From Deltaproteobacteria bacterium (GTDB lineage: Bacteria; Myxococcota_A; UBA9160; SMWR01), in contig JAQBGU010000189.1 in NCBI GenBank assembly GCA_032128375.1, forward strand, positions 1 through 54,619: a stretch of 54,619 bases of DNA, given 5' to 3'. Below, one piece after another: positions 9,821 through 20,007 of this stretch. Within the stretch, counting starts at the first letter, position 1. The number at the start of each line of letters is the position of its first letter. The position numbers and the translations under genes were made by a program. The notes under the pieces are model-generated. The model was given only the letters and a program-made list of their open reading frames with translations. It made no database searches and was not told the DNA's origin.

Positions 9821-11074
9821 ATGTCAAAGCCCCCGCAGCCAGCCCACGGCCGGCCCGCACCGCTTGCCGGACTTCGCGTAATCGAAAGCTCACTGCTCGG
9901 CCCGGCTGCGATCACGACTCACTTGGCCGACCTCGGTGCGGAGGTCATCAAAGTCGAGTCGCCAGCGGGCGACTATGTGCGCGAGATGACGTGGCCGATC
10001 GTCGAGGGGACGTCGCTGCTCCACCTCCACATCAATCGCGGGAAGTACAGCCTCACACTGGACCTGAAGCAACCGGATGCGGTTGCGGTCTACCTCGATC
10101 TCGTTCGTGGTGCTGATGTCGTCGTCGAAGCGATGCGGCCCGGCTCTCTCGAACGGCTCGGGTTGGGCTACGAGCAGCTCTCGGCCGTCAACCCCAAGAT
10201 TGTGTTCTGCAACGTCTCGGGATATGGCATGACGGGTCCCTACAAAGACATGCCATCACACGGCATCGCATTCGACACCTGGGCCGGGCTGGTCAACCCG
10301 GCGATCGACGATCACGGCCATAGCTACATCCCAGAACACGCGTCCGTTGGTATGCACGCGGGACCGCTATTCGGAGCACTCGGTGTACTGGCGGCGGTGA
10401 TACGCGCACGCACCAGCGGGCAGGGCTCGCAACTCGAGATCGCTCAGTCCGACGCAGCCGCGTACATGGATTGGTATCGAAGCGAGACTTGGAAGGCCTA
10501 CGAGCGTCCCGAATCCGAGGTGACCGGTAACAAGTCGGACGACTACGTTCGACGAGCACCCGGCACGGCCGGTATGCGAGAAGGCGTTCGCTACCAGATG
10601 TATGCTTCGATCGACGGTCACGTGCTGTTCATGGCGTCCGAACGGGCATTCTGGAAAAATTTCTGTGAAGGCATCGGCCGAATGGACCTGTTCGAGCGCT
10701 GGCCCGGGGCAAAATTTGCCGATCATGCCCGCGGAAACACCGAACTCCGAACCGACTTGACCGGGATCTTCCGATCGAAGACATCCGTCGAGTGGATCGC
10801 GTTTGGCAACGAGCACAATACGCCGATCGCCCCGGTCAATACGCCAAAGACGATCGCAGCCGATCCGCAGTTCCAACACCGCTTCGAGTGGCTCCCGGCA
10901 GCGGCTCACGGGGCCGACCTATTGCCGTTCCCCGTGAAATACATCGGCGAGATGCTGCCGACACCCAGCAAGGCGCCCGAGGTAGGAGAACATTCAGACA
11001 GGGTTTTGAAACAGGTGTTGGAATACACGGACGACAAGATTGCGAAATTGAAGGAATCCGGTGCGTTGGGCTAG
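9821..11074 (+). CDS. CaiB/BaiF family III CoA-transferase
   Basis: LAGLRVIE, LADLGAEVIKVE, NRGKYSLTLDLK, SGYGMTGPY; AAGGAG RBS. Confidence 0.92.
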   Translation: MSKPPQPAHGRPAPLAGLRVIESSLLGPAAITTHLADLGAEVIKVESPAGDYVREMTWPIVEGTSLLHLHINRGKYSLTLDLKQPDAVAVYLDLVRGADVVVEAMRPGSLERLGLGYEQLSAVNPKIVFCNVSGYGMTGPYKDMPSHGIAFDTWAGLVNPAIDDHGHSYIPEHASVGMHAGPLFGALGVLAAVIRARTSGQGSQLEIAQSDAAAYMDWYRSETWKAYERPESEVTGNKSDDYVRRAPGTAGMREGVRYQMYASIDGHVLFMASERAFWKNFCEGIGRMDLFERWPGAKFADHARGNTELRTDLTGIFRSKTSVEWIAFGNEHNTPIAPVNTPKTIAADPQFQHRFEWLPAAAHGADLLPFPVKYIGEMLPTPSKAPEVGEHSDRVLKQVLEYTDDKIAKLKESGALG

Positions 11075-11227
11075 GAGCCTGGGGCGGTAGCGGTACTGTG
11101 CCAGCTCTAGCGTGCAGGCGACGAGGGTGAAGAATTCGAAGAATTTGCCCCAAACGAATTCTTTCCGTCGACGGCATGTTTGTGTACGCTACTCAGCGGG
11201 TAGAGAGAGTGCGAGCCGAGGTGACCA

Positions 11228-13324
11228 ATGAGTCCCGATAGCACTCCCGCCAAGCGCCATCAGCAGCAACAAGCGAACCATTCCCAAGGCCCCGATCTCG
11301 AAACACGCCGACCGATCGAGGCTTCACCCGCGGTCGAGCCGTTGTCGGCTGCCTCCAAGAGCCAGGAGGCGGCGCTGACAATGGGTCGCCGCGGCTTGCC
11401 GCTCCCTGTGCTGCCAACCCGCGACGGTCGATTCCACCAGGTGCTCGAGCGGATGGGTGCGTGGATCGCGGAAGCAGATGGCACCGGACGCGCGACTTAC
11501 ACGGGTTCATCCGTACATGCCGTCACGGGATACACCGCCGAAGAGGTCACCCGATCGCGTGTCATCCGGATCCATGACGACGACATGGATGGCATGCGCG
11601 CTTTCGTCCGCGCTGTCCACGAGACCGGAAACGCCGAGCCCTATACGTTCCGGATGCGCCATCGGGCTGGCCACCAGCTGTGGATCGAAGTGACTGCCTT
11701 GGGTTGGTACCCATCGCCCGACGGTGGCTTCCATTCGGTGTCGTACAACCGCGATGTGAGCGGGCGTGTCGAAGTGAACGCAGCACTCCGCGAAAGCGAG
11801 GAGCGCTACCGCATCGTCGCGCTGATGAGCAGCGATCTGATCGTCGAGGTCGCGGCCGATGGGCGGCTCACCTATGTCAGCCCGGGTGCTCAGGACCTGC
11901 TGGGCTATACGATGCATGAGTTTGGAGAGATGGGGCCATTCGAGATCGTCCATCCTGACGACCTTTCGCGGATTCAAAAAACGCTGGTGGAAGCTCTCCG
12001 GTCTGAGGAACCGGTTCAGTTCGATGCGTTCCGATGCAAGCACAAGAATGGCGAGTATCTCTGGTTCGAATCGATGGGGATGCAGGTTCGTCACGCGGAC
12101 GGCGAGCTCCGCTACCTCGGCGTGACTCGCGACATCAACGAGCGCATGCTCGAAGAGGAGCGACTTCGCGAGTTCGCGGAACGCATGCAACGTGCTCAGA
12201 AGCTCGAAGGGCTCGGTGTCATGGCTGGAGGAATCGCGCACGACTTCAACAACCTGCTCACGCCGATCTTGGGAGCCGCCAGCATCGGTCTGACTGAGAT
12301 CGAGGCGGATTCTCCGGTTCGAATTCAGCTGCTGAAAATCCAACGCGCCGCGCAGCGCGCCGCTGCGCTGACAAACCAGATGCTCGCGTATGCGGGAAAG
12401 AGCCCGTTGTTGATCGAGCCCTTGGATTTGTCGAAGCTCGTCGAAGAGATGGGTCAGCTGCTCGAGAGCACGCTTTCGGGCAAGACTGCGCTTCATCTCG
12501 ACCTTGGGCACGGCCTACCGCCGATCGAGGCCGACTCGGCACAGTTGACGCAGGTCGTCGTCAACCTGATTTCGAACGCCGCTGAAGCGATCCACACCAG
12601 CGGGGGACGGATCACGGTCAGAACGGGCGAGGTCGAAATCGACGAGGCTTCGCCGAGCGCAATCTTCGCCGACGAATTGAAGCCGGGGCGACATGCGTTT
12701 TTCGAAGTGGCCGACACCGGCTGTGGGATGGACGACGAAACGGTTGCCCGCATCTTCGATCCGTTCTTTACGACGAAGTTCACCGGCCGCGGACTCGGCT
12801 TGGCCGCTGTTGCCGGAATCGTACGCGGCCATCGCGGAGCGGTGGAAATCGATAGCGAGGTCGGCCGCGGCACGGTCATGCGAGTGCTCTTCCCGGCGGC
12901 GACACGGCCACTCGCTCAGCCGATCCGTAACCTCCGTCGGGTCGATCGCTGGACAGGACGCGGCACCGCCCTGGTAGTCGACGACGACATCGGGGTACGC
13001 GACCTGGTCGAAGAGGTACTGACGCGGACCGGAATCGGCGTGCTGACGGCCAGCGACGGCCGTGATGCGATCGAGACTTTTCGGCGCAATGCCGCTGAGA
13101 TCTCGGTAATCGTTCTCGACCGCACGATGCCGGCCGCGAGCGGACTCGAAGTCTTCGACGCGCTGCGCGCGATCGACCCGGAAGCCCGCGTGGTATTGAT
13201 GAGCGGCTACTCACAGGAGCATGCGACTCAGGAATTGGCGGGCAGAACGCTCGAGGGGTTTCTGAAAAAACCTTTCACTCCAGAGGAGTTAGTCGACAGA
13301 GTTCGAGACGCACTCGATATCTAG
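11228..13324 (+). CDS. Hybrid sensor histidine kinase with two PAS domains and a C-terminal receiver domain
   Basis: PAS motifs IHDDD and VHPDD; H-box GGIAHDFNNLL; DPFFTTK..GRGLGL; receiver VVDDD..LDRTMP..KPF. Confidence 0.93.
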   Translation: MSPDSTPAKRHQQQQANHSQGPDLETRRPIEASPAVEPLSAASKSQEAALTMGRRGLPLPVLPTRDGRFHQVLERMGAWIAEADGTGRATYTGSSVHAVTGYTAEEVTRSRVIRIHDDDMDGMRAFVRAVHETGNAEPYTFRMRHRAGHQLWIEVTALGWYPSPDGGFHSVSYNRDVSGRVEVNAALRESEERYRIVALMSSDLIVEVAADGRLTYVSPGAQDLLGYTMHEFGEMGPFEIVHPDDLSRIQKTLVEALRSEEPVQFDAFRCKHKNGEYLWFESMGMQVRHADGELRYLGVTRDINERMLEEERLREFAERMQRAQKLEGLGVMAGGIAHDFNNLLTPILGAASIGLTEIEADSPVRIQLLKIQRAAQRAAALTNQMLAYAGKSPLLIEPLDLSKLVEEMGQLLESTLSGKTALHLDLGHGLPPIEADSAQLTQVVVNLISNAAEAIHTSGGRITVRTGEVEIDEASPSAIFADELKPGRHAFFEVADTGCGMDDETVARIFDPFFTTKFTGRGLGLAAVAGIVRGHRGAVEIDSEVGRGTVMRVLFPAATRPLAQPIRNLRRVDRWTGRGTALVVDDDIGVRDLVEEVLTRTGIGVLTASDGRDAIETFRRNAAEISVIVLDRTMPAASGLEVFDALRAIDPEARVVLMSGYSQEHATQELAGRTLEGFLKKPFTPEELVDRVRDALDI

Positions 13325-13364
13325 CCGCTGGCGGTCGGAAGCCCGTTGCCAGCCTGTCGAACGT

Positions 13365-14592
13365 ATGGAACGTATGGAACGCATGGATAGCCCCTACGCA
13401 CCGCGCGATTCGGAAAGCGGGGCTCTGGCTGGGATTCGGGTTCTCGACCTGACGTTGGCGCGCGCCGGCCCCACCTGCGTGCGTCAGCTCGCGGATATGG
13501 GGGGCCAGTGTCATCGCGGTTGGCAATCCGCGTCGCGCAGACCTGGGTGGTTCCGACGCCCACAACCTGCATCGCAACAAGCGATCGATCCTGGTCGACT
13601 TGAAGAGCGACCCCGGACGCGCAGTATTCGAACGATTGATCGAGCGCGCGGATGTGCTGGTCGAGAACTTTCGCCCGGACGTCAAGTTTCGGCTGGGGAT
13701 CGATTACGAAGCGCTTCGCGCGCGTTACCCACAGCTCATCTACGCCAGCATCTCTGGCTTCGGGCAGACGGGCCCCTACGGGGCGCGTCCGGGCCTGGAC
13801 CAGATCGCGCAGGGCATGGGCGGCCTGATGAGTGTGACGGGGCCTGCCAATACCGGTCCGTGGCGGGCGGGCATCGCAGTCTCAGACACCGCTTCCGGTA
13901 CGTTCCTGACCCAAGGCGTGCTGGCCGCCCTGTTCGCACGCGAGCGCACCGGGCTCGGACAATGGGTCCACACTTCGCTTCTCGAATCGATGATCAACTT
14001 CATGGATTTCCAGGCGGCTCGCTGGCTGATCGATGGCGTAACGCCGCGACAAGAGGGCAACGACCACCCGACGATTTTTCCGATGGGAACATTCGAAACG
14101 GCAGACGCTGCGATCAACATCGCTCCGATGCTCGACTGGTCGAGATTCTGTCAGGCCATCGATGCGCTCGAACTCGCCGACGATCCGCGCTTTGCCGATG
14201 CCCTGCTACGCAACCGCAACCGTGAGGAACTTCGCGAAGCGATCCATGCCAAGCTCGCCGCACGCGGCAGCAAAGACTGGCTCGAAATTCTCGTGGCCGC
14301 CGAAATTCCCTGCGGCCCGATTCTGGCGCTGGACGAGGTGTTCGCCGATCCCCAGGTTGCCCACCTGCGCCTCACACGCCTCGTTCATCACGAACGCGAT
14401 GGCGATCTCGAGTTGCTACGGCACCCGGTGACGTTCTCCCAGACCCCGGCAGGGGTACGCACGGCAGCGCCAGTGGCCGGAAGTCACACGCGCGAAATCC
14501 TCAATGAATACGGCTATGACGACGAAGAAATTCGAGAACTTCTCGCATCGAATAGTGTCGCCCTCGAGCGCAGTTCTCGGGGTTGGGAGTAG
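13365..14592 (+). pseudogene. CaiB/BaiF CoA-transferase with a +1 frameshift in a G6 run (13499-13504)
   Basis: LAGIRVLDLT..LADMG is in one frame. Removing one G continues as ASVIAVG..LHRNKRSILVDLK into the 13600-14592 ORF. Confidence 0.85.
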
Positions 14593-14607
14593 CATCCCCG
14601 CGTCACT

Positions 14608-15543
14608 TTACCTGCCATGCAGCCCACTGCGTGTCATCCGACTCAGCAGCCGTTCCGGCCAATCCGTGGTGGCGCCATCGCTTCCCGATGCGACGACTCG
14701 CTGCTCGTCTTCAATGCTCTCTATCCCCCAGGCGCGAATTCCGAGTTCTCTCTCGTGTGTGAAGTCGACGATCTGCGCGTTGATCTCGCGGGCTGGAAAC
14801 GCGACCTGCGAGAAGCCAGCGCGCAGCGCTGCATCCACCTGGGCGCGCTGGCGGGCAAGCAGCTCCGCTTCGCGGTCGGCCGACTGGGCGAGGTCGCGGT
14901 TGCTCTCCAGCACCCAGCAGACCGGGATTCCCGCAGCCAGTGACCGAAAGCGCACGAGTTGGTTGAACGAAAAGGAAGTGACAGTGACCCGGTCGGCCAG
15001 CCCATCGGTGGTGATGGCCTGCAGCAGCAAGACCGGGAGACGCGGGTCCTCACCCTTGATTTCCAAGTGGTAGTAGAGTCGAGGACCAAACTCGCCAAAC
15101 AAGTCCGCCAGCGTGGCGATCGGAGTGCCGGCGAACGACTCGGCGACTTCAGGGTGCTCGCGATCGAACCAGCTTCCCAGATCGAAGAGCCTCAGCTCTG
15201 CTGCGGTATACACGCCCACCGAACCTTCGTGTCCGGTCTTGCGTTCCAGCGTGTGGTCGTGAAACAACACCAGAACTTCGTCGAGCGAAAGCTGCACGTC
15301 GAGTTCCACTTCGGTAAAACCGTTGGCCAGGCTGCGACGAAACGCCGGCAGGGTATTTTCCGGCGCGTGTGCGGCGCCCCCGCGGTGGGCAATGATGTGG
15401 AAATCAGACGTCTGCACGGGCTCCGCCAAGCGACTGTGCGGCGAGTCGGTCGTGCAGGCGAGCGCGAACATACTGGCCATGAGGCAAAGTTGGAGGGTGC
15501 ATCTGCGCGTCTCATTGTGTCGTTGATCGGCCCACATCGACAC
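14608..15543 (-). CDS. Glycerophosphodiester phosphodiesterase (GDPD), possibly a lipoprotein
   Basis: IIAHRGG..PENTL, ELDVQLSLD..HD, TTDWP; FALAC lipobox-like motif. Start uncertain. Confidence 0.9.
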   Translation of the reverse strand: MSMWADQRHNETRRCTLQLCLMASMFALACTTDSPHSRLAEPVQTSDFHIIAHRGGAAHAPENTLPAFRRSLANGFTEVELDVQLSLDEVLVLFHDHTLERKTGHEGSVGVYTAAELRLFDLGSWFDREHPEVAESFAGTPIATLADLFGEFGPRLYYHLEIKGEDPRLPVLLLQAITTDGLADRVTVTSFSFNQLVRFRSLAAGIPVCWVLESNRDLAQSADREAELLARQRAQVDAALRAGFSQVAFPAREINAQIVDFTHERELGIRAWGIESIEDEQRVVASGSDGATTDWPERLLSRMTRSGLHGR

Positions 15544-15643
15544 ACAATCTAGAGCACTGGAGCACGCATACCACAGTGCCGCCCGTCTGCGGCGTCGCTT
15601 GAATGGTAGATCAGAACAACAAGTGATGGGCTAGCTTCAGCGG

Positions 15644-16678
15644 GTGAGAACACCTCGGCTCGCAGATATCTCACTACCGGCATTTCGCGCTCGCCGCCCA
15701 TGGTGGGGGCCGGACCTGCAAACGCTGCGCAACTCGCTGCTTGCGACTCGGCTGCCACCAGACCGCTATGCCAAGGAGCGGTTGACCCTGCCCATGGCCG
15801 ACGGCTCGGGAGATGCTCTCGTGGGCTTGCTCCAGGCGCCGACGACCGCAACGAGGCGACCACTCGCGGTACTGGTCCACGGTCTGTCAGGCAGCGAAGA
15901 CAGCGCCTACATGATCGCCAGCGCTCAGGCGCTGCTCGGAAATGGCTACCCCGTGTTGCGACTGAACCTTCGAGGCGCGGGCCCTGCCCGGCCGCTTTGT
16001 CGCTATCAGTACCACGCGGGACGCAGCAGAGATCTGCACGACGCCCTCGCTTCCGATGCGTTTTCAGACATCCTTCGCGAACCTGCACTTCACGGTGGGA
16101 GCCGCGACTTGGTTCTGATCGGATACTCGCTTGGCGCAAACATGCTGCTGAAATTTCTGGCTGAGTTCGGCGACCAGTTCCCAATCGCTGGTGCGTGTGC
16201 GATCTCGGCACCGATCGATCTCGAGGCGGCGTCGTATCGGTTTTTGCACCCGCGCAACGTGGTGTATCACTGGAACCTGTTGCGCAACATGAAGCGAGAA
16301 GCGCTCGATGACGGCGGCCAGCTGACCCCTGCCGAACGCGAGGCAGTCGTCGGCGCGAAATCGATTCTGGAGTTCGACGACCGGTTCGTCGCACCGCGCA
16401 ACGGTTACCCGGGTGCAACCGCTTACTACGCGGACAACATGGCGCGCCGATTCCTCACCGAAATTTCGGTCCCGACGCTCGTGATCCACGCGCTTGACGA
16501 CCCGTGGATTCCATCCGATAGCTACACATCCTACCCGTGGTCCGACAACCCAAACCTGCTGCCGCTACTCGCCAGCGGAGGAGGCCACGTCGGGTTTCAC
16601 GGTGACGGCAGCACGATCCCCTGGCACGACCGCTGCCTGCTGCTTTTTTTCGACGCACTCGGAGAGCACCCCGAGTAG
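15644..16678 (+). CDS. YheT-like alpha/beta hydrolase
   Basis: VHGLSGS, GYSLG nucleophile elbow, ALDDPW, GGHVGF. Confidence 0.9.
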   Translation: MRTPRLADISLPAFRARRPWWGPDLQTLRNSLLATRLPPDRYAKERLTLPMADGSGDALVGLLQAPTTATRRPLAVLVHGLSGSEDSAYMIASAQALLGNGYPVLRLNLRGAGPARPLCRYQYHAGRSRDLHDALASDAFSDILREPALHGGSRDLVLIGYSLGANMLLKFLAEFGDQFPIAGACAISAPIDLEAASYRFLHPRNVVYHWNLLRNMKREALDDGGQLTPAEREAVVGAKSILEFDDRFVAPRNGYPGATAYYADNMARRFLTEISVPTLVIHALDDPWIPSDSYTSYPWSDNPNLLPLLASGGGHVGFHGDGSTIPWHDRCLLLFFDALGEHPE

Positions 16679-16712
16679 TTCAAAACACAGAAGATCCCGG
16701 GTGTACAGCATG

Positions 16713-16749
16713 CGAAACGCCCCAGCGTGACTCGAGTTGGGGCGTTTCG
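16713..16749. terminator. Hairpin between convergent genes (probable terminator)
   Basis: 12-bp perfect stem CGAAACGCCCCA / TGGGGCGTTTCG. Confidence 0.65.
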
Positions 16750-16768
16750 AACAAACTCTGAGTTCGGG

Positions 16769-17530
16769 CTACGCGTTGATTCGGGCTTTGGTTGGGCGGC
16801 GCGTCGCCTGGCCAACGACGAGTGCGCCTACCAGAAACAGCACCGCCGATGTCGGCTCGGGAACCGGCGCGTTGCCATACTCGGCGTCGTGCGAGAACGG
16901 CGCGAAACTATTCACGATCCCGCCACCGATATAGGGGTCGTAGATCCCGTCACCGGTCAGCGTCATGAGATCAAAGTGCACCCCCTCGACACCGGCTGCG
17001 AGGCTGTTGATCGTGATTTGGAACGCCTCGAGGTAGCCTTTGCCGGTCCCAGACCCACCGGGCTGTGTGTTGTAAATGCTCTGGATACCGGCATCGAACT
17101 CGAACTCGTAGATCTCGAAATAGCTGTCGAAGATCCCGTGCGGCGCCAGAGAGTTCGGATCCCCGATGGGCGGAGTTCCGTAGCCCGAGTCAGTGAGGGT
17201 GATGGTGGTGCCGTCGGAATCCTTGACCGTGATGTTGAAACCATTCAAGTTCATCTTCGGGGCAACGGAGGCAACGAGATAGGCGGTCTGGGTGCCCTCA
17301 CCCAATGCGTCCCAAGCGTACCCACCGTTGCCGCCGTCGGCGGTCGTGGCATTGGCGAGGGCCAGAAGCTCGAAATTTGTGTCTGTCACGACCCAGGTCT
17401 CGGATCCAGCGTCGAAGACCCAGTCTCCGACCGAACCGGCTCCGAGTTGGAGGGAAGGAAGTGCGTGCGCCGAACCGGCTCCCAGTACCAGCGCGAAAAT
17501 CGAAATCAAAACGAAGCGCAATGTCAGCAT
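16769..17530 (-). CDS. Secreted PEP-CTERM protein (choice-of-anchor N-like)
   Basis: Signal peptide (..GSAHA), GVHFDL and FAPFSHDAE motifs, VPEPTS + hydrophobic helix + RR tail. Confidence 0.82.
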   Translation of the reverse strand: MLTLRFVLISIFALVLGAGSAHALPSLQLGAGSVGDWVFDAGSETWVVTDTNFELLALANATTADGGNGGYAWDALGEGTQTAYLVASVAPKMNLNGFNITVKDSDGTTITLTDSGYGTPPIGDPNSLAPHGIFDSYFEIYEFEFDAGIQSIYNTQPGGSGTGKGYLEAFQITINSLAAGVEGVHFDLMTLTGDGIYDPYIGGGIVNSFAPFSHDAEYGNAPVPEPTSAVLFLVGALVVGQATRRPTKARINA

Positions 17531-17896
17531 CAGCGTGACTCCAGCAATATCGTCTACTCGAGCGAACCCGAACGATCACCCAGATCGCACGAACTCGGCG
17601 ATTCACGAATTAGAGGGTATTTCACCACATATTTCACCATATAATAGTTAGAAGGTCAAACGAATTAGTGAGAAAATCAAAAAATAATTCGAAGTTCGAA
17701 GCAAAGCGCGGATCAAAGCTCAAACCGATTCTGCTTCCGGACTTTGAGTCAGAACAACGGGAACCTGAATCGATCGCGCAGGATCCGCCTTCAATCACGG
17801 GTAATCACTCAGAATGACTCGGATGGCTCGGAATCACTGGAGACGCTGATTGATGCCCATCGCTCGTGAGAGAGACTGGAGGGAGGACTGGCTCGG

Positions 17897-18151
17897 TTAG
17901 CCGCCCGATACAGGCGGGAAGATGCTCACCGTCTGTCCCTCGCTCAGAGTCAGGTGTACCCGCTCTCCACTCTTGCGAGGCGCCTGTCGACCGTCGACCA
18001 ACACCATCTGGGCAAGCCGATCGGGAATTGCGAGGTGTTCGATCAAATCGGCGAGCGTGGCGTCGCTGGCCAGTTCCACGTCGCTACGACCGCGGGCGGT
18101 CGCCGGGAAACGGTCGCGAAGGCTCGCGAACAGCCGAACGTGGACGCGCAT
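17897..18151 (-). CDS. MoaD/ThiS family sulfur carrier
   Basis: VRLFASLR...IFPPVSGG C-terminus. Confidence 0.9.
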   Translation of the reverse strand: MRVHVRLFASLRDRFPATARGRSDVELASDATLADLIEHLAIPDRLAQMVLVDGRQAPRKSGERVHLTLSEGQTVSIFPPVSGG

Positions 18152-18164
18152 CGCAAGGCCCGCC

Positions 18165-19607
18165 TCAGTCGGCCTTTCCGGCCAACAGCGTCGCGTGGTG
18201 AATCGAACGGGCTCGACGCGGCGGCGTTGCGGGGAAGCGGAACCCGCCTCCGATCGATTCTCGGCCCGACAGCAGCGCGCTGCCGAGAAGCTGCTCGCTG
18301 GCGCCCGACGCGACGTAGGCGCGGCGCAGATCCAGCGGATTTTCTTCCAGGTATGCCCGCCACGGACCCAGCGGCACGCCCGTTTGAATCAAACCCTTCA
18401 ACATTCCAACGTCGTTCGCGTTGGTGACGGCCACCGATGGGCCCACCAGAATGCCGCCGACCATCACGTCCCCATTCCACACGTATTTGCGGTAGATCCG
18501 GCTGGCCGTGTTGTCCATCACTTGCGTCTCGAGCTGGCCCGGCTGGCCCGCACCGTCGCGCTGCGACTGGAAGTCGGTCCCACTTCGAGCGCCCGCCCAA
18601 TCGCCGAAGCTGCAGGCCTCGAGCCCCTGCGCGGCGAGGATGTTCATGATCAGGCTTCCGGAATACGAGACCGACTCGCCGCACATGTTCGCGCCAGCAA
18701 CGCGACCATGGTCGACCGCCGTCGGCTGCACGGCATGGACGCGCCGTTGGCCCGTCAGTAAATCGGCGGCTTCAGCAACGTCGCCGGCGGCGTAGACCCC
18801 CGGAACGCCGGTTTGCAACTTGTCATCGACGAGGATCCCCGCACCCCGCCCGCCGCCGATCTCGATGCCAGTCCCGGCCAGGAACTCCACGTTCGGCAGC
18901 ACGCCGGTCGCGACCACGACCGCATCGCAGTCAATCGTGTCGCCGCTATCGAGCCGAAGCCGGTGCCCCGAATCCGCCGCTCCGATGCGTTCGAGGCGCG
19001 CGCCGGTGCGCACCTCGACGCCAGCGTTCTCGAGGTGCGTCTTCATGATGGCCGCGGATGCGGCGTCGAGCATGTGGGGCAGGACCTGCGCTTCGAGTTC
19101 GATGAACGTGACGCGCTCGCTCTTTGCGATCAGCGCGTCGAGAATCGTGAAGGCGATAAACCCGGCGCCCACGATCACAGTGTGCGCGCGCGGCTTGGCG
19201 AGGTAGCGGTTCGCGTCGTCGAGCGTCCACATGCAGACCACACCTTCGCGGTCGAGTCCATCGATGTTCGGTCGCGCCGCGCGGGACCCGCTCGCAATCA
19301 GCAATCGATCGAAAGGAAGACTCGTGCCGCCAGCGAGGTTCACGGATCGGCTCGCGGTGTCGACCGATGCAACCTTCTCACCCCAATGCGCCGTCACAGC
19401 GCGGGCTTTGAAATAGGCGTCGTCGCCAGTCATCACCCCGCGCTGTTCGATCTTGCCCTCGAGGTAATAGGGCAGGACCATCCGCGCGTAGGCAGGCTCG
19501 TCGCAGACCAGATCGATGCAGGCACCGGCGTCGAGCGCGCGGATCGTCTCCATCGCGTTGATTCCCGCCGGGCCCGCACCGATGATCACGTGGCGTGTCA
19601 TATCCAT
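18165..19607 (-). CDS. FAD/NAD(P)-dependent oxidoreductase, AorC-like
   Basis: IIGAGPAG, VGAGFIA, TGVPGVYAAGDVA; lies within the AOR operon. Confidence 0.87.
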   Translation of the reverse strand: MDMTRHVIIGAGPAGINAMETIRALDAGACIDLVCDEPAYARMVLPYYLEGKIEQRGVMTGDDAYFKARAVTAHWGEKVASVDTASRSVNLAGGTSLPFDRLLIASGSRAARPNIDGLDREGVVCMWTLDDANRYLAKPRAHTVIVGAGFIAFTILDALIAKSERVTFIELEAQVLPHMLDAASAAIMKTHLENAGVEVRTGARLERIGAADSGHRLRLDSGDTIDCDAVVVATGVLPNVEFLAGTGIEIGGGRGAGILVDDKLQTGVPGVYAAGDVAEAADLLTGQRRVHAVQPTAVDHGRVAGANMCGESVSYSGSLIMNILAAQGLEACSFGDWAGARSGTDFQSQRDGAGQPGQLETQVMDNTASRIYRKYVWNGDVMVGGILVGPSVAVTNANDVGMLKGLIQTGVPLGPWRAYLEENPLDLRRAYVASGASEQLLGSALLSGRESIGGGFRFPATPPRRARSIHHATLLAGKAD

Positions 19608-19661
19608 CTCCTGTTTGATGCCCGGAGGTTCATCACCCGCGGGCCCATCACGCTCGGGAAT

Positions 19662-20003
19662 TCAACCGCCTGGAAATCCGCGAATTCCCGAGAGATGCAG
19701 CGTTACGTAGTCGGTTTCGCCAACCGGGGTTTCGAGTCCAGCGAGAAACGCGACGCTTCGGCCGTTGACGAGGACGCGCAGATCACGATTCAAGGCTCGT
19801 CCGGCGTCGCACCGCTGCCTGCCCTCGGTTTCCGAATCGCACGTCTCCGAGGGCACTGGCTCGAACAACATCGCGGCGAGTTCGTCGCCGCCGCGCTCCA
19901 CCCATTCGTCGAGCAGCGAACTGACGGCACCCCAGCGGACTCCGACCTGTTTGCCGCCGAGCAACCGCCTCAGCTGCCCGCCCAACAATCTCACCACGGG
20001 CAT
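19662..20003 (-). CDS. MoaD/ThiS-like ubiquitin-fold protein (AOR-associated)
   Basis: VLVNGRSVAFLAGLETPV and C-terminal GFPGG; ATG 20003 lies just after the aorB stop. Confidence 0.75.
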   Translation of the reverse strand: MPVVRLLGGQLRRLLGGKQVGVRWGAVSSLLDEWVERGGDELAAMLFEPVPSETCDSETEGRQRCDAGRALNRDLRVLVNGRSVAFLAGLETPVGETDYVTLHLSGIRGFPGG

Positions 20004-20007
20004 TGCA

